A stretch of DNA of 64,000 nucleotides from Mobula hypostoma. Lineage: Eukaryota. The stretch is from positions 89,344,001-89,408,000 of the forward strand of contig NC_086108.1 in the NCBI RefSeq assembly GCF_963921235.1. The letters run 5' to 3'. Position 1 is the first letter of the stretch. Each line of letters begins with the position of its first letter. The notes beneath the pieces were generated by a model. It saw only the letters and a list, made by a program, of their open reading frames with translations. It searched no databases and had not been told where the DNA came from. Positions 50,780-63,689 of the stretch are shown here, one piece after another. The translations under genes were made by a program, and so were the position numbers.

Positions 50780-52580
50780 GGATGGCGTTACCCGGCTGAT
50801 GCGCAGTATTAGATTTATGCCACACACAACACTTAATGTTGGGGGCAGAAAGTTCCACTTTAGTCCCATCTGACCACAAGACCCTCTTCCACATCTTTAT
50901 AGTATCTACTAAGTGACTCCTTGCAAAGTCCTTATGGGCAAGGATGTGTTTTTTATTTTAACCAAGGCATCTTCCTTGCACGATTCCATAAACCCCTTTT
51001 TGTGCAAGTCCTTAGAGACTGTGAAGCCATGAAGTTTATCTCCAGTTGCCATCACTGATTTCAGCAGTTCACTAAGAGTGACTGTTGGCATTACAGTAGC
51101 TTCTCTTCTATCTTATATGTGTCATTGTTCTCTGCGAATAAATTTAGAGGGTCTGCCTGACCTAGGCAATGTGGTTGTGGTTTGATTTTTTCCATCTTTT
51201 CTCTGTCAATTACACCGAGCTCCAAAGTATGTTCAGTGCCTTTAAGATGGCCTTGTACCCTTCCCCAGATTTGTGCTTTCTCTATTATCATTTCCCTGAT
51301 TTACCTTAAATAGAAACCATAGAAACTACAGCACAGAAACAGGCCTTTTGGCCCTTCTTGGCTGTGCTGAACCATTTTCTGCCTAGTCCCACTGACCTGC
51401 ACACGGACCATATCCCTCCATACACCTTCCATCCATGTATCTGTCCAATTTATTCTTAAATGTTAAAAAAGAACCCGCATTTACCACCTCGTCTGGCAGC
51501 TCATTCCATACTCCCACCACTCTCTGTGTGAAGAAGCCCCCCCTAATGTTCCCTTTAAACTTTTCCCCCCTCACCCTTAACCCATGTCCTCTGGTTTTTT
51601 TCTCCCCTTGCCTCAGTAGAAAAAGCCTGCTTGCATTCACTCTATCTATACCCATCATAATTCATATACCTCTATCAAATCTCCCCTCACTCTTCTACGC
51701 TCCAGGGAATAAAGTCCTAACCTATTCAACTTTTCTCTGTAACTGAGTTTCTCAAGTCCCGGCAACATCCTTGTAAACCTTCTCTGCGCTCTTTCAACCT
51801 TACTTATATCCTTCCTGTAATTTGGTGACCAAAACTGAACACAATACTCCAGATTCAGCCTCACCAATGCCTTATACAACCTCATCATAACATTCCAGCT
51901 CTTATACTCAATACTTTGATTAATAAAGGCCAATGTACCAAAAGCTCTCTTTACGACCCTATCTACCTATGACGCTACTTTTAGGGAATTTTGTATCTGT
52001 ATTTCCAGATCCCTCTGTTCCACTGCACACCTCAGTGCCTTACCATTAACCCTGTATGTTCTACCTTGGTTTGTCCTTCCAACATGCAATACCTCACACT
52101 TGTCTGTATTAAACTCTGCCATTTTTCAGCCCATTTTTCCAGCTGGTCCAAGTCCCTCTGCAGACTCTGAAAACCTTCCTCACTGTCTACTACACCTCCA
52201 ATCTTTGTATCATCAGCAAATTTGCTGATCCAAATGGTTGATTGTCTTAGTTGTGATTGGTCTGTTGAAAATCTACCATGCTGTTGGACCTCACAGAGAG
52301 AGGAGGTGTTTTTTCAGACAATCCTCCAATTTTCTAACAAATTGATTGAGTTGAGAAGGTAATCTATAGAATTGTACCAGGGGAAAGTTAGCGCAGTAAT
52401 TCCAATGGGAGTGAATACTTTTTCAGCTTCATAGTTTTGGTTTTTAATTTTAAGTAATTATTGACAGGCTTTGAAATTTTTATTTTGATATGACATGATG
52501 GACAATAGTTTGTAGATTAAGTTAAACTTCAATATATTTTAAATTTATAAAATGATACAGTACTTTTTCAAGGTACTGTT
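50780..52580 (-). mobile_element. Tc1-like transposon relic interrupted by CR1
   Basis: Minus strand MWKRVLWSDGTKVEL (Tc1 WSDE motif) at ~50851-50894; Tc1-like ggagtgaatacttttt near 52410. Confidence 0.7.
51312..52231 (-). mobile_element. CR1 LINE 3' portion
   Basis: LYKALVRLNLEYCVQFWSPNYRKD and FFTQRVVGVWNELP; tagaaaccatagaaac tail. Confidence 0.93.
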
Positions 52581-52789
52581 TTTGGGTACAGTGGGGGTGG
52601 TCGAGGACATGGATTGAGTGCAGAAGTTCAGGCAACTTAGATCCTTGATTAATGGGCAATCTATTACCTGGACTAAGTAAAAATGTATTCATCTTGTTTG
52701 CTAGCTTGAACACTGTTTTAATTATTTCTCTGGATCATTACTTCAGCTTTGGGATCCTTATTTTTAAATACTACATGATTGGAGAAACC

Positions 52790-53175
52790 TTGTAGGGATT
52801 GGAGGCTTGTGTGGCGCAATGACCCAGAGAGCTATGTTGTCTGGAGTCAGGGCTTTATGCTTTGACTTTTGGTAGGGTCACCCAAGCCAAGTAGGTCCAA
52901 GGATGGAGGCCAGACTAATAGTGGTCTTTTGGTCCTCCAGGTTCAGTGGTTCAGCTCAGGGCTACCAACCCTGACCAGTAACAAAATTGTTGTGAAAACA
53001 GCAATGAAGATTCCTTCTGCATGTGACTGTATTCCTGAGTCTCCACCCGGGACTTGCATGACTGACTGTAATGAAAACCAAGAGGAAGCTACTGATAATG
53101 ATGAAAGAACCCTGAACACCACCAGAGATGGAGGAGCTTTATTTCTGCCCTAGGCAGCAGTGGCATAATGGCAAA
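52790..53175 (+). mobile_element. Short RTE-derived non-autonomous element
   Basis: aatgacccagagagctatgtt...ggtagggtcaccca...ccagactaa resembles RTE 5'UTRs; ends gccctaggcagcagtggcataatggc. Confidence 0.5.
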
Positions 53176-53303
53176 AATTAAGTAAGTATGACTGGACAAA
53201 ACTTATACCATTATGCTTGTGGAAACACTCGAGACTGCACATGCAGGAATCTGGAGCCATAAGCAAGCTATTGGAGGAACTCAGCTGGTCAAGCAACATC
53301 TGT

Positions 53304-54864
53304 AAGATATAGGAGCAGAAGTAGGCCATTTGGTTCATCGAGTCTGCTCCGCCATATTCAATCATGGGCTGATCCAATTCTTCCAGTCTTCCTCACTCCC
53401 CTACTTTCTCCCCATACACTTTGATGCCCTGGCTAATCATGAACCTATGTATCTCTGCCTTAAATGCACTTAACGACTTGGCCTCCACAGCTGCTCATGG
53501 CAACAAATTCCACAGATTTACCACCTTCTGACTCAAGTAATTTCTCCACATCTCTGTTCTAAATGGACTTCCTTCAATCCTGAAGTCATGCCCTCTTATT
53601 CTAGACTCCACTTCCAGGGGAAATAACTTTTACATATCTAATTTGCTCAGGCCTTTTAATATTTGGAATGTTTCTATGAGATCCCCCCTCATTCGCCTGA
53701 ACTCCAGGGAGTACAGGACAAGAGCTGCCAGACGATCCTCATACTGTAACCCTTTCATTCCTGGAATCATCCTCGTGAATCTTCTCTGAACCCTCTTCAA
53801 TGTCAGTATATCCTTTCTAAAATAAGGAGCCCAAAACTGCACATAATACTCCAAGTGTGGTCTTACGAGTGCTTTATAGATGCTCAACATCACATCCCTG
53901 CTCTTGTCTCTTATATTCTATACCTCTAGAAATGAGTGCCAACATTGCATTCGCCTTCTTCACCACCGACTCAACCTGGAGGTTAATTTTTAGGGCATCC
54001 TGCACAAGGACTCCAAAATTCCTTTGGATATTTGTATTTTGAATTCTCTCCCCATCTAAATAATAGCTTGCCCATTTATTTCTTCCACCGAAGTCCAACA
54101 TTGTATTTCATTTGCCACTTCTTTGCCCATTTCCCTAAATTATTTAAGTCTCTGCAAAGTCTCTGTTTCCTCAACACTACCCGCTCCTCCAACTATCTTT
54201 GTATTATCGGCAAATTTAGCCACAAATCCATTAATCCCATAGTCCAAATCATTGACATACACCGTAAAAAGCAGCAGTCCCAACACTGACCCTTGTGGAA
54301 CTCCACTGGTAACCAGCAGCCAGCCAGAATAGGATCTTTTTATTCCTACTCTCTGTTTTCTGCTGATCAGCCAATGCTCCACCCATGCTAGTACCTTCTC
54401 TGTAATTGCATGGGCTTTTATCTTGCTAAACAGCCTTACGTGCAGCACCTTGTCAAAGGCCTTCTGAAAATCCAAGTAAATGACATCTACTGCATCTCCT
54501 TTGTCTACCCCGCTCGTAATTTCCTCAAAAAATTGCAGTAGGTTAGTCAAGCAGGATTTTCCTTTCAGGAAACCATGCTGGCTTTGGCCTATCTTATTAT
54601 GTGCCTCCAGGTATTCCATAATGTCATCGCTAACAATCAATTCCAACAACTTCCCAACCACTGATATCAGGTCAACAGGTCTATAGTTTCCTTTCTGCTG
54701 CCTCCCACCCTTCTTAAATAACGGAGTAACATGTGTAATTTTCCAGTCATCTGAGCAATGCCAGAATCTATCGATTCTTGAAAGATCATTGTTAATGCCT
54801 CCGCAATCTCACCAGCTACTTCCTTCAGAACCCGAGGGTGCATTCCATCAGGTCCAAGGGATTT
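53304..54864 (-). mobile_element. CR1 LINE inserted in a Penelope pLTR
   Basis: RT ORF 54140-54661 ([37 protein letters not shown]). ATCTGT on both sides; pLTR halves at 53225-53303 and 54865-54920. Confidence 0.93.
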
Positions 54865-55849
54865 ATCTGTTGAATAATGGACAGTCAGTATTGTTGAGAC
54901 CCTTCATATGGACTGGGGTTGTTTTAATTCATTCAAGATTCAAGATTCAAGTTGAATATGATAACATATGTGTACTTTGGTAATAACTTCAAATTTTGAA
55001 GATTCAAGTTTATTTATCACAATGAAATGCATAATTTGTGTTAACAGCCAACACACCAAAGGTCATGCTGGGGCTGCCTGCCAGTACACCCACAGGTGTG
55101 TTGTATGTTAAATCAAGTGACACGTTCATTTGGACTGTGAGTTGCTTTAACTGAGTAGGAGGTAAAATTCGCAGGCAGGGTGGACAGTTAGACTGAACTC
55201 AAAGTTGATAATAGAATTGTGGCATTAAATAATACAAAGGACGCACCAGCATTCAGGCAGACAAAGGTTTGGAGAAAGTAAATGTGGAGAGATTATTCTG
55301 TGTAAATATTGTAAAATAACCCATTAGAATTGGAGCAGGGCCACAGATTTGTTAATTAGTGTCATTATGTGAATGTTCGCTTCGCTGACAAAACTAAGTT
55401 ACTCTAGTTATTCTCTTTGCTCTGCATTATCAATTAAATAATCAATTATTATAATTATCTAACAGGTTTGTTCTACTTAAATGGCTTCTGACTCTCTCTT
55501 TGGTAGTCGGATTAATGATCAGTTATTGAGGCATTCAAGAGAAATATTCACCTGTTCAAGCTCCTTGCCTCCGATAATCAGTGGAATCAGTGATCTGTGA
55601 CAACTTTGACCCTTTGCTTCCAATCTAATCTTATTCTGTAGTTAAATATTCTCTATGCAGGCTGTTCACTTCATGCCCTATCTATATTGCCCCAGTGTCT
55701 ATTCCCGGTGCATATATTGGCTCCTGCTCCAGACCTGACACCATAACTCCTGCTTTTTTCCCCTTATTTCCCCCCTTTTCTCTCATATCTTTATCCTACC
55801 CTCTTCCTCACAATCTTGCATTTTTTGTTCTGCCTGCCCTCTGTTGATG

Positions 55850-56203
55850 TGTCATGATGATGAGAGGCATTGATCATGTGGCTTTTCCCCAGGGCTGAAA
55901 TGGCTAACACGAGGGGTCATAGTTTTAAGGTGCTTGGAAGCAGGTACTAGGGGGGTGTTAGAGGTAAGTTTTTCATACAGAGAGTGCTGGGTACATGGAA
56001 TGCACTGCCAGCAGAGGTGGTAGAGGCAGATACAATAGGGTCTTTTAAGATACTTCTAGATGGATACTTGGAGCTTAGGAAAGTAGAGGACTATGCAGAA
56101 TGCAAACTCTAAGCAGCTTCTAGAGTAGGTTACATGGTTAGCACAGCATTATGGGCTGAAGGACCTGTAATGTGCTATATATTTTCTATGTTCTATGTTC
56201 TAT
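55850..56203 (+). mobile_element. CR1 3' end
   Basis: cagagagtgctgggtacatggaatgcactgcc; (ttctatg)3 tail. Confidence 0.85.
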
Positions 56204-56236
56204 GAAAAGCCAAAATTATCCAGCACACAGTGTGGT

Positions 56237-57836
56237 TGTCATGGTCCGGTCCGTGGGGTCCATGTTCCGGTTCACGGTCCAGTCCGTGGCTCCTTGTTCC
56301 GGGGTTTCTGGTTTCCCCAGTTTCTGTTGTGGGCACATGATTCTCGTTTTGGGGCTGAGACATAAATAACTCTGCAAACCAGGGATTCCCTGGTGGACTG
56401 TTCTGTTTGTCTCGCCTGTCTCGCCGAAGTTTTACTGCTGGAGCAAGACCGGAGCCTTGTTAGGTCAAGATAAGGAACTGTCTTTTGTTGTGTGGAATTG
56501 TCTCTCTGTGTCCATGCCTTTGCTAGGTAGGTCCAGCTGTTTGCCGTTACCTAGTGTTGGAACTGTCTCAGTCTATACCTTTGCTAGGTGGGTCCAGCGT
56601 TTGCTGCCACTTTGTATTGGGATCCGTCTCTTCATGTTCAGTGTTCTGTGTATGAGTCCCGGCCCTATGTCCTGTTCCCAAGGAGGGGTCCTGGCTCTGT
56701 GTTATGTGTATGAGTCTCGGCCCTACGTCCTGTCCCCAAGGAGGGGACCCGGCTCCGTGCTCCTGTCTCTTCTAGTCCAAGGCAATAATAGCCATGTTGT
56801 CAATAGCCTTTTGGGTTGCCAAGAGGCTCCCATAGAGAGGGGGGTACTGTCATGGTCCCGTCCATGGGGTCCATGTTCTGGTTCACAGTCCGGTCCGTGG
56901 GTCCTTGTTCTGGGGTTTCTGGTTTCTCCAGTTTCTGTTGTGGGCACATGATTCTTGTTTTGGGGCTGAGACATAAATACCTCTGCAAACCAGGGATTCC
57001 CTGCTGGACTGTTCTGTTCCCCTCCTTTTCTTTCCCACCTTGCCTGACTCTCTGCTCAGATACCTCGCTTGTATCGCTGAAGATTTACCACCAAAGCAGG
57101 ACCGGAGTCTTGTTAGGTCAAGATAAGGAACTGTCTTTCATTGTGTGGAATTGTCTTTCTGTGTCTATGCCTTCACTAGGTAGGTCCGGCCATTTGCCGC
57201 TACCTAGTGTTGGGAACTGTCTCACTGTCCACGCCTTTGCTAGGTGGATCCGGCCATTTGCTGCCATTTTGTGTTGGGATCCATCCATTCATGTTCAGTG
57301 TTCTGTGTATGAGTCCCGGCCCTGTGTCCTGTTCCCAAGGAAGGGTCCTGGCTCTGCTCCGTGCTCCCGTCCCTTCGAGTCCAAGGCTCCGTGCTCCCGA
57401 CCCTTTGAGTCCAAGATTCCGTGCTCCTGAAGGCCCTCGTCCAGTCCATGCCTAGTCCAGTCCTATCCGAGTTCTGTCCATGTGCCTTTACCTGTCCTTG
57501 TGTCTCGCCCTACCCAGGAGTTTCTCACCCAAGCCATGTCCAGTCCTGTAGCCTTGTTTTGTCCTCGCCTAGTTATGGAGCCCGAGTCAAGTCCCAGGTG
57601 CTGGGTCCTTGTCCAGTCTCTGGCACGGGGTTCAAGCCCAGGTTCCTAGTTCATAGTTCCTTGTCCAGGTTCCCAGTCTAGTCCATGTCCTAGTCCGAGT
57701 CTGCGTTCTTGTCCCTGCTCCTTGTCTGTATCCTGTCACGTCCCTACGCTAGTCAAGCCCTGTTCCTTGTATTTCAGTCTTGCATTTGTTGATGGTCTTG
57801 CATTTGGGTCAGCCATCAACACCCCCTATTGTGACA
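56237..57836 (+). mobile_element. Internally deleted Gypsy-type LTR retrotransposon: partial 5' LTR (56237-~56770), short internal remnant with PPT, full 3' LTR (56848-57836)
   Basis: TGTCA...TGACA termini, 5-bp TSD GTGGT (56232-56236 and 57837-57841), PPT agagaggggggtac before the second TGTCATGG, and a ~530-bp direct repeat. Confidence 0.88.
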
Positions 57837-58164
57837 GTGGTGTCTTCCATTTTGCTGTTAAGCCAGTATTAACCCCCTTTTGTCATATCTCGTAATTTCC
57901 TTTGCTTGGTCCAAAAAAGCTCCCACAGCACTCATGACTGGATTTTAGTACAAAATAACCTTGGGCCCTTATCCTATTACCTCACTAATTCTTTCTTCCT
58001 ACGTTGCTGGCAGGGCCAAATCTTACAAAGTGTTTCAATCATTGTTTTGGTTTTATAGTTAGTCTGACTCCAGAATACAAATTTCTTGTGAACAAAGATC
58101 TTTTCAAGAAGGTGTTATGGATGATGAGACAGAATTTATCCTTGTTCTGGATGAAGTCTTGTTT

Positions 58165-58753
58165 TCTCAAGGTTGTCATAACCATGGGTAGAGGGAGGAG
58201 GGTAGTGGGGAGAAGCTCCCACTACATATTAAATGTTCCCAATGGCATGCGTTTCAAGTAACCCCTAGCAACCAAGTCCAGCTCCAGGCCTTCACATGTG
58301 GCTTAGCTACTAAGTCAGATGGAACCATTTCTACTGACAAAAGAAGGGACGAAGGCAGGTTACCCGTGCCTTAAAACTATTAGCTTTGGGCAGATGCAGC
58401 CTGTTAGCTGTAGTTGCCAGCTCATCTAGGAGAAAGAAAACTGATCTCAAACCTCTGCTGTTTTGCTGCTATGGCCACTCGCGGGGAAGGCTGTGGGTGT
58501 AAACCTCAAGAAAAAATCCAGAGTCCAAGTCCCTAAGGCAGTTCTACATTGAGTTCAATGCAGTCTGGCAATTCCTGCGATGTCACTGGTGTCAAATAGT
58601 ATTGGTCTCTGCTGTTCCTTTAGGTTCATCAACTGCTTGGAGAGGGGGAGCCTGCTGCTTTGTCAACAGCCTGTTCTCCATATTCTACTGCACCGGCCTG
58701 CGTATCGGCATGTAGACAGCTAGAACACAACATCCATGGTCAACCCTGACCAA
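58165..58753 (+). mobile_element. Diverged relative of the ~600-bp element with a different 3' tail
   Basis: Shares ggtagtggggagaagctcccactac, caaccaagtccagctcc and downstream blocks. The tail acaacatccatggtc also occurs as a fragment at ~12630-12682. Confidence 0.7.
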
Positions 58754-60269
58754 TAAAGTGCACCCCCCCCCCTCCCACCACTGGTCAATGAGTGAAGATA
58801 CCTGAATCAATCCTCCTGTCTCATTACTCTTTCTACCATTTATCTTCATCAAGCTGGAAGTATAGCTCTGAATCACACCTTGGTTGAGCAGTCCTCTTCT
58901 ATCAACATATTATCTTTGAAGCACCATCTTGTCCTGCCTCTCAAGCCTCTCAAATAAAATTCAGTTTTACTGTCAACCAAAGTAGCAAAGGTGCTTTCTA
59001 CGAGATTCAAGATTGTTTATTGTCATAAGTACACAACTGTAAAGGAGAGCAAACTATTTGTTACCCTGGTTCCAATATAGTGTCATATAAGACCAAAAAT
59101 AGTAATATAAAAACAAACCTATATAACACACATATAAATAACCGTTGAGTGTGACCACATATACATGAGATTAGCTTATATACATAGACTGTTTGCATGC
59201 ACATAAAGTAACTCTAGGTGGAGGAATATCTGAGCATAAGGTGACTCTGACAGGAAATGATAAAGTGACAAAATGACTCTTGGCAGGAGGAACTCTTCTT
59301 GGTAGCAGCAGGCTATATGAAAACACAGTAGTGTGTCAGTGTAGATATAAGGTGTTGAGTATATGCATGAAGTTGCAGTACATGGGGGGGGGGGTGGGAA
59401 TGAAGGATGCTGAAGGACTGTGGGGAGAAGTGCCTGATGTGAATGTAGAGATGGTGCAGGAAATGGTGGAGGTGTTGATCAGCCTGTCAGCTTGCAGGAA
59501 GTAACTGTTTATAATTTCCACTGCCTTCCAGAGATCAGACTGGATTACGTCTTTCCTGAACTGCTTTGCCTCTGCCCTTCTCACTACTTTTGTGATTTCT
59601 AGCTCTCTGTACTGAGCTTATTGCTTTCCTTTCCTCCCATAATAACTCACTTCATGCCATTTCCTCCATCTTGCCGCTCACTTGGCCTTGCAAATTTGAT
59701 CATAGTGACCAGCGATGAAGGTGAACAATCTCACAGATGAATTCACTTCTCCTCTGGGTCGAATTCTAATTTGTCTTTCCATTATCACCCCTTCTGGCTT
59801 TGCACCATTATATCTTTTTATCGGTTAATCTCTCCTGATTTCCACCCTATCTTAGACTTCTCCTTCCTTCGTTCTTGCTATTGTTGTGGATACCGTTGCC
59901 TCCACTCCCTCTTGTCCTGCCGATGCTTTTTTTTAAGGTCATGTTTCACAAATAAGGGGAGAGTGAGAGCCCTGGGATCCTCATGGTGGTTCTTCATATC
60001 CTCTGTAGGGTTTTGTGGTCCAATGCCTTGCAGCTTCCATACCGCATGACCATGCAGCCAGACAGGCTGCTCTTGCTAGTGCTGCTGTAGAAAGTTGTTA
60101 GAATTGGGGCAGAGAGACTTGTACGTCTCGATCTCCTCAGAAACTATAGATGCTGCTGTGTCTTCTTGACTAATGAGGAGGTGTGGTGGGTCCAGGTTAT
60201 GTGCACACCAAGCAACTTTGTGCACTTTGCACTCTTCACTGCAGATCTTTAGCCTTTGACAATTCAGCA

Positions 60270-60480
60270 GAGGTACAGCATGGTAACAGGCCCTTCTGGC
60301 CCATGAGCTGGTGCCACCCAATCACACCTATGTGACCAATTAACTTAGTAACCCGTTTGTCTTTGAAATGTGTGAGGAAGCCACAAGAAACCTGTACAAA
60401 CACCTCACAGACAGCAGTATGAATTAAACACAGGTCACTGGCATGGAAATTGCATTATGCTAACTGGTACTCTACTGTGC
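60270..60480 (-). mobile_element. Decayed V-SINE/HE1-like SINE
   Basis: aacaggcccttctggccca tail and gtctttgaaatgtgtgaggaa core in reverse. Confidence 0.6.
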
Positions 60481-60489
60481 TATATATAT

Positions 60490-63400
60490 ATCATCGTTGT
60501 CGTGGCTATCTCTCAAGGTCGAGGATGATGGTCTTCGTTCCGTTGATCTATTTATGGGCTCTCAAGTGGCTTACGAGTCCAATCTTGGCTTTGAAAGTTC
60601 TTCCGCATTCAGGACAGGTAGTTCCAGATGGCAGATCGGGCTTTGGTTCTTGCTGCCTCTCTTTCCATTCTCTTCTCTTTTCTTCTAATTGTGCACATCT
60701 GTTAGCTTCAAAAGTTGCAGCTCCTTCTCTGATGATGGCTTGCCAGAGTTTTCTGTCCTTGGCATTGGTTTCCCAATTGTTGGTGTTGATGTCACATTTC
60801 TTCATGTTGGCTTTTACGACGTCTTCTGTTGTCCGCCTCTTTTACATTTGCCTTCTTTAAGCTGGGAGTAGAAGATTTGTTACGGCAGTCATTCATCTTT
60901 CATCCAAACAACATGACCATCCATCTTAGTTGGTCCTTGATGACGTAGGCTTTAATACTTGTTGTTTTTGCTTCATTTAGCATGCTGACGTGGGTTCTTC
61001 TATCTTCCCAGCTGATACTTAAGATGTTTCGAAGACAGCGTTGATAGAACTTTTCAAGTGCCTTCAGATGTCGTTGGTATGTCCTTGTACACTAACATTT
61101 TGGTGTCTGTTCGGATGTCACAATCATGAAAGGCTCTTGTTCGGAGACGTCCAAAAGCTGTCCAGCGCATTTAAGACGATGTTGGATCTCGTCATTAAGG
61201 TTGACGTTGAAGGAGAGGTGACTTCCAAGATACGGAAAGCGGTCCACCTTTTCCAGGGTTGTTTCGCCAAGTTGAATTGATGGTTCTATCCGATTTGTCT
61301 CAGTTGGTGATGGTTGATAGATGATCTGAGTCTTCTTGGAATTGATGGTAAGTCCAAGTTTCGTGTATGCACGGTTGAAGGCAGTCAGAATCTGTTGTAG
61401 GTTGTTTTCTGAGAGAGCTACAACACTGGGCACATGGCCAAGTGGTTACGGCATTCGACTAGCGACCTGAAGGTCGTGAGTATGATCCCCAGCCGAGGCA
61501 GCATGTTGTGCTCTTGCTCTGAGATGACACTGGTGCCAAGCTGTATCGGCCCTTGCCCTTCCCTTGGACAACATTGGTGTCGTGGAGAGGGGAGACTTGC
61601 AGCATTGGCAACTGCCGGTCTTCCATACAATCTTGCCCTGGAGAGTGAAGACTTTCCAGGCGCAGATCCATGGTCTCGCAAGACTAACGGATGCCTTTTT
61701 TTCACAACACTGTTGTCATCTGTGTATTGGAACTCGATGAGGGAACTCGTGGATGTCTTGTTTTTGGACTTGAGACAGGCAAGATTGAAAAGTCTGCCAT
61801 CTGCTCTGTAGACAATTTTGATTCTTGGGGATAGGTTGTCCTTGATAATGTGGATGATTGCCGCAATGAAAGTGGTGAGCAAATTTGGGGCAATCACGCA
61901 TCCCTGTTTTACTCCTGATCTAACTTGAAATGGCTCACAGTTACTGTTGCTGACCATGACTGTGGCAAGCATGCCATCGTGGAGGAGTATCAGGATTCGA
62001 ATGTACTTTTCCGGGCATCCATAGGTGGATAGGACATCCCATAGGAATTTCCTTGATACTGAGTCAAAGACTTTGGTGAGGTCGATGAATGCCATGTACA
62101 AAGGTTGAAGTTGTTCACGACATTTTTCTTGTAGTTGTTGCATTGTGAAGATCATGTCGATTGCTCCACATGGTCTAAAACCGGCTTGTGTCTCCTGAAG
62201 GATCTTCTCGGCAAAAGGTTGGAGCCGGTTGTTCATGATGCAGGTGAGGATATTTCCTGCTGTTGTTAACAGGGAAATTCCATGATAGTTTCCACATTCA
62301 GATCGATCGCCTTTCCTTTTGTAGATGGTAACGATTGCTGAGTGTCTAAAGTCTGCTGGTACATCTTCATTTATTGATGAGAAGTTGATGCAGTTGGTAA
62401 TGAAGTGGGTTACCTCCAAGTTTGTAGACCTCGGCTGGTATTCCATCGAAGTCCGGCGGCCTTGTTGTTTTTCAAGGTTTTGATGGCTTCCTTGACTTCT
62501 TCACATGTTGGTATATTGCTTAGGGAGTTGTCAACAGGCTGTTTTGGAACGTTGTTAATCACTTTCCTGTCAAATGAGACGGTTTGATTTAGAAGATCTT
62601 CAAAGTGCTCCCTCCATCTAGAATTGATGTCAACATTGGTCTTCAGGATGGTTGAACCATTTTTGCTTTTGAGCGGGGCTTGACCGTGAGTGGATGGGCC
62701 AAAAATAACTTCAGTTGTGTTGAAAAAGCCTCGAGTGTCGTTGACGTCTGCTAGTTGTTGGATTTCCTGAGTTTTCTTCCTCCACCATTGGTTTTTCAGG
62801 TTTCAGGTGCTCTTCTGGACTGCAGCCTTGCATTCCTGATAGTGTTTCCTTTTGGTAGTCGATTGTTGGTCATTTTGTAAGGTGACGAAAGCTTTTCTCT
62901 TTTCGTCGATGAGTTGTTGGAGTAGTTGGTTGGTCTCAGCGAACCAATCCTAATGTTTTTTCGTCTTGAACCCAATTGTTACCTTGCAGGAGGTGATGGT
63001 AACGTTCTTCAATTGATTCCAGTGTTCTTCTACAGATGGTGGGATTTGTTGAGGCAGTTGTTCTTGAAGATTTTGTTGGAACTTCTGTACATGGTTGATG
63101 TCTTGAAGGATGTCAACATTGAATTTCTTAATAGTGTTCTGATTTTGGTGTTTCTTTTGGGCCAAATCTTTATTCTCATGGTGGACGAGATGAGTCGATG
63201 GTCTGTCCAGCACTCATCGCATCAGTAACAGCTCTTGTTATCAGTACATCTCGTTGGTCCCAAGATCACTTGGAGCGTGGACGCTGCCAGGAGACTTTGT
63301 GCCTGTTTTTCTGGTGAAATAGGGTGTTTGTAATCACCAAGTTGTGTTCAGCACGTATGGTGAGGAAGAGTGTTCCATTGGCATTGACCTTGCCAACTCC

Positions 63401-63490
63401 TTCCTTGTTTATTATTCCAGTCCAGAGCCTATGATCTTTCCCGACTCTGGCATTGATGTCTCCCAAGAGAATGATCTTCTTTCTTGGGAA
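60490..63490 (-). mobile_element. RTE-clade LINE pseudocopy (APE, RT, C-terminal C2H2-like motif), frameshifted
   Basis: IILLGDINARVG...LVITNT (APE); NYHGISLL, QAGFRP, AFIDLTKVFDSV, GVKQGCVIAP, YTDD (RT); CPECGRTFKAKIGLVSHLRAH. Confidence 0.93.
61429..61703 (+). mobile_element. tRNA-derived SINE inserted antisense into the RTE RT domain
   Basis: A box TGGCCAAGTGG, B-box-like GAGTATGATCC, T7 tract at 61696-61702 and 9-bp TSD ACAACACTG (61420-61428 and 61704-61712). Removing it restores YTDDNSVVALSE. Confidence 0.92.
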
Positions 63491-63689
63491 CAGAGGAAAG
63501 GATATCGTCAAGTTGGGCGTATATGATTTTATAATTAATATGTGATTTATAGCTTGGTCATAAGATTGGAACTCTAATTTGTATAAGAAAGTAAATTTGT
63601 AAAAGTATAAGAAGCTTATTAGCTCATTGCAAGCCGTAATTATAACATGCTGAGCAGGTGAAGAGGGCTCTGGGGAAACTCTGACATGG

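Noticed and set aside
56457..57681. Several 80-200 aa ORFs
   Set aside because: They fall inside LTR sequence and have no gag, pol or env motifs
61429..61500. Possible tRNA gene
   Set aside because: The B box is degenerate, and it continues into a repeat body with a TSD, so it is a SINE head
61418..62446. 342-aa ORF, the longest in the window
   Set aside because: It is RTE reverse transcriptase reading into the antisense SINE, not a host gene
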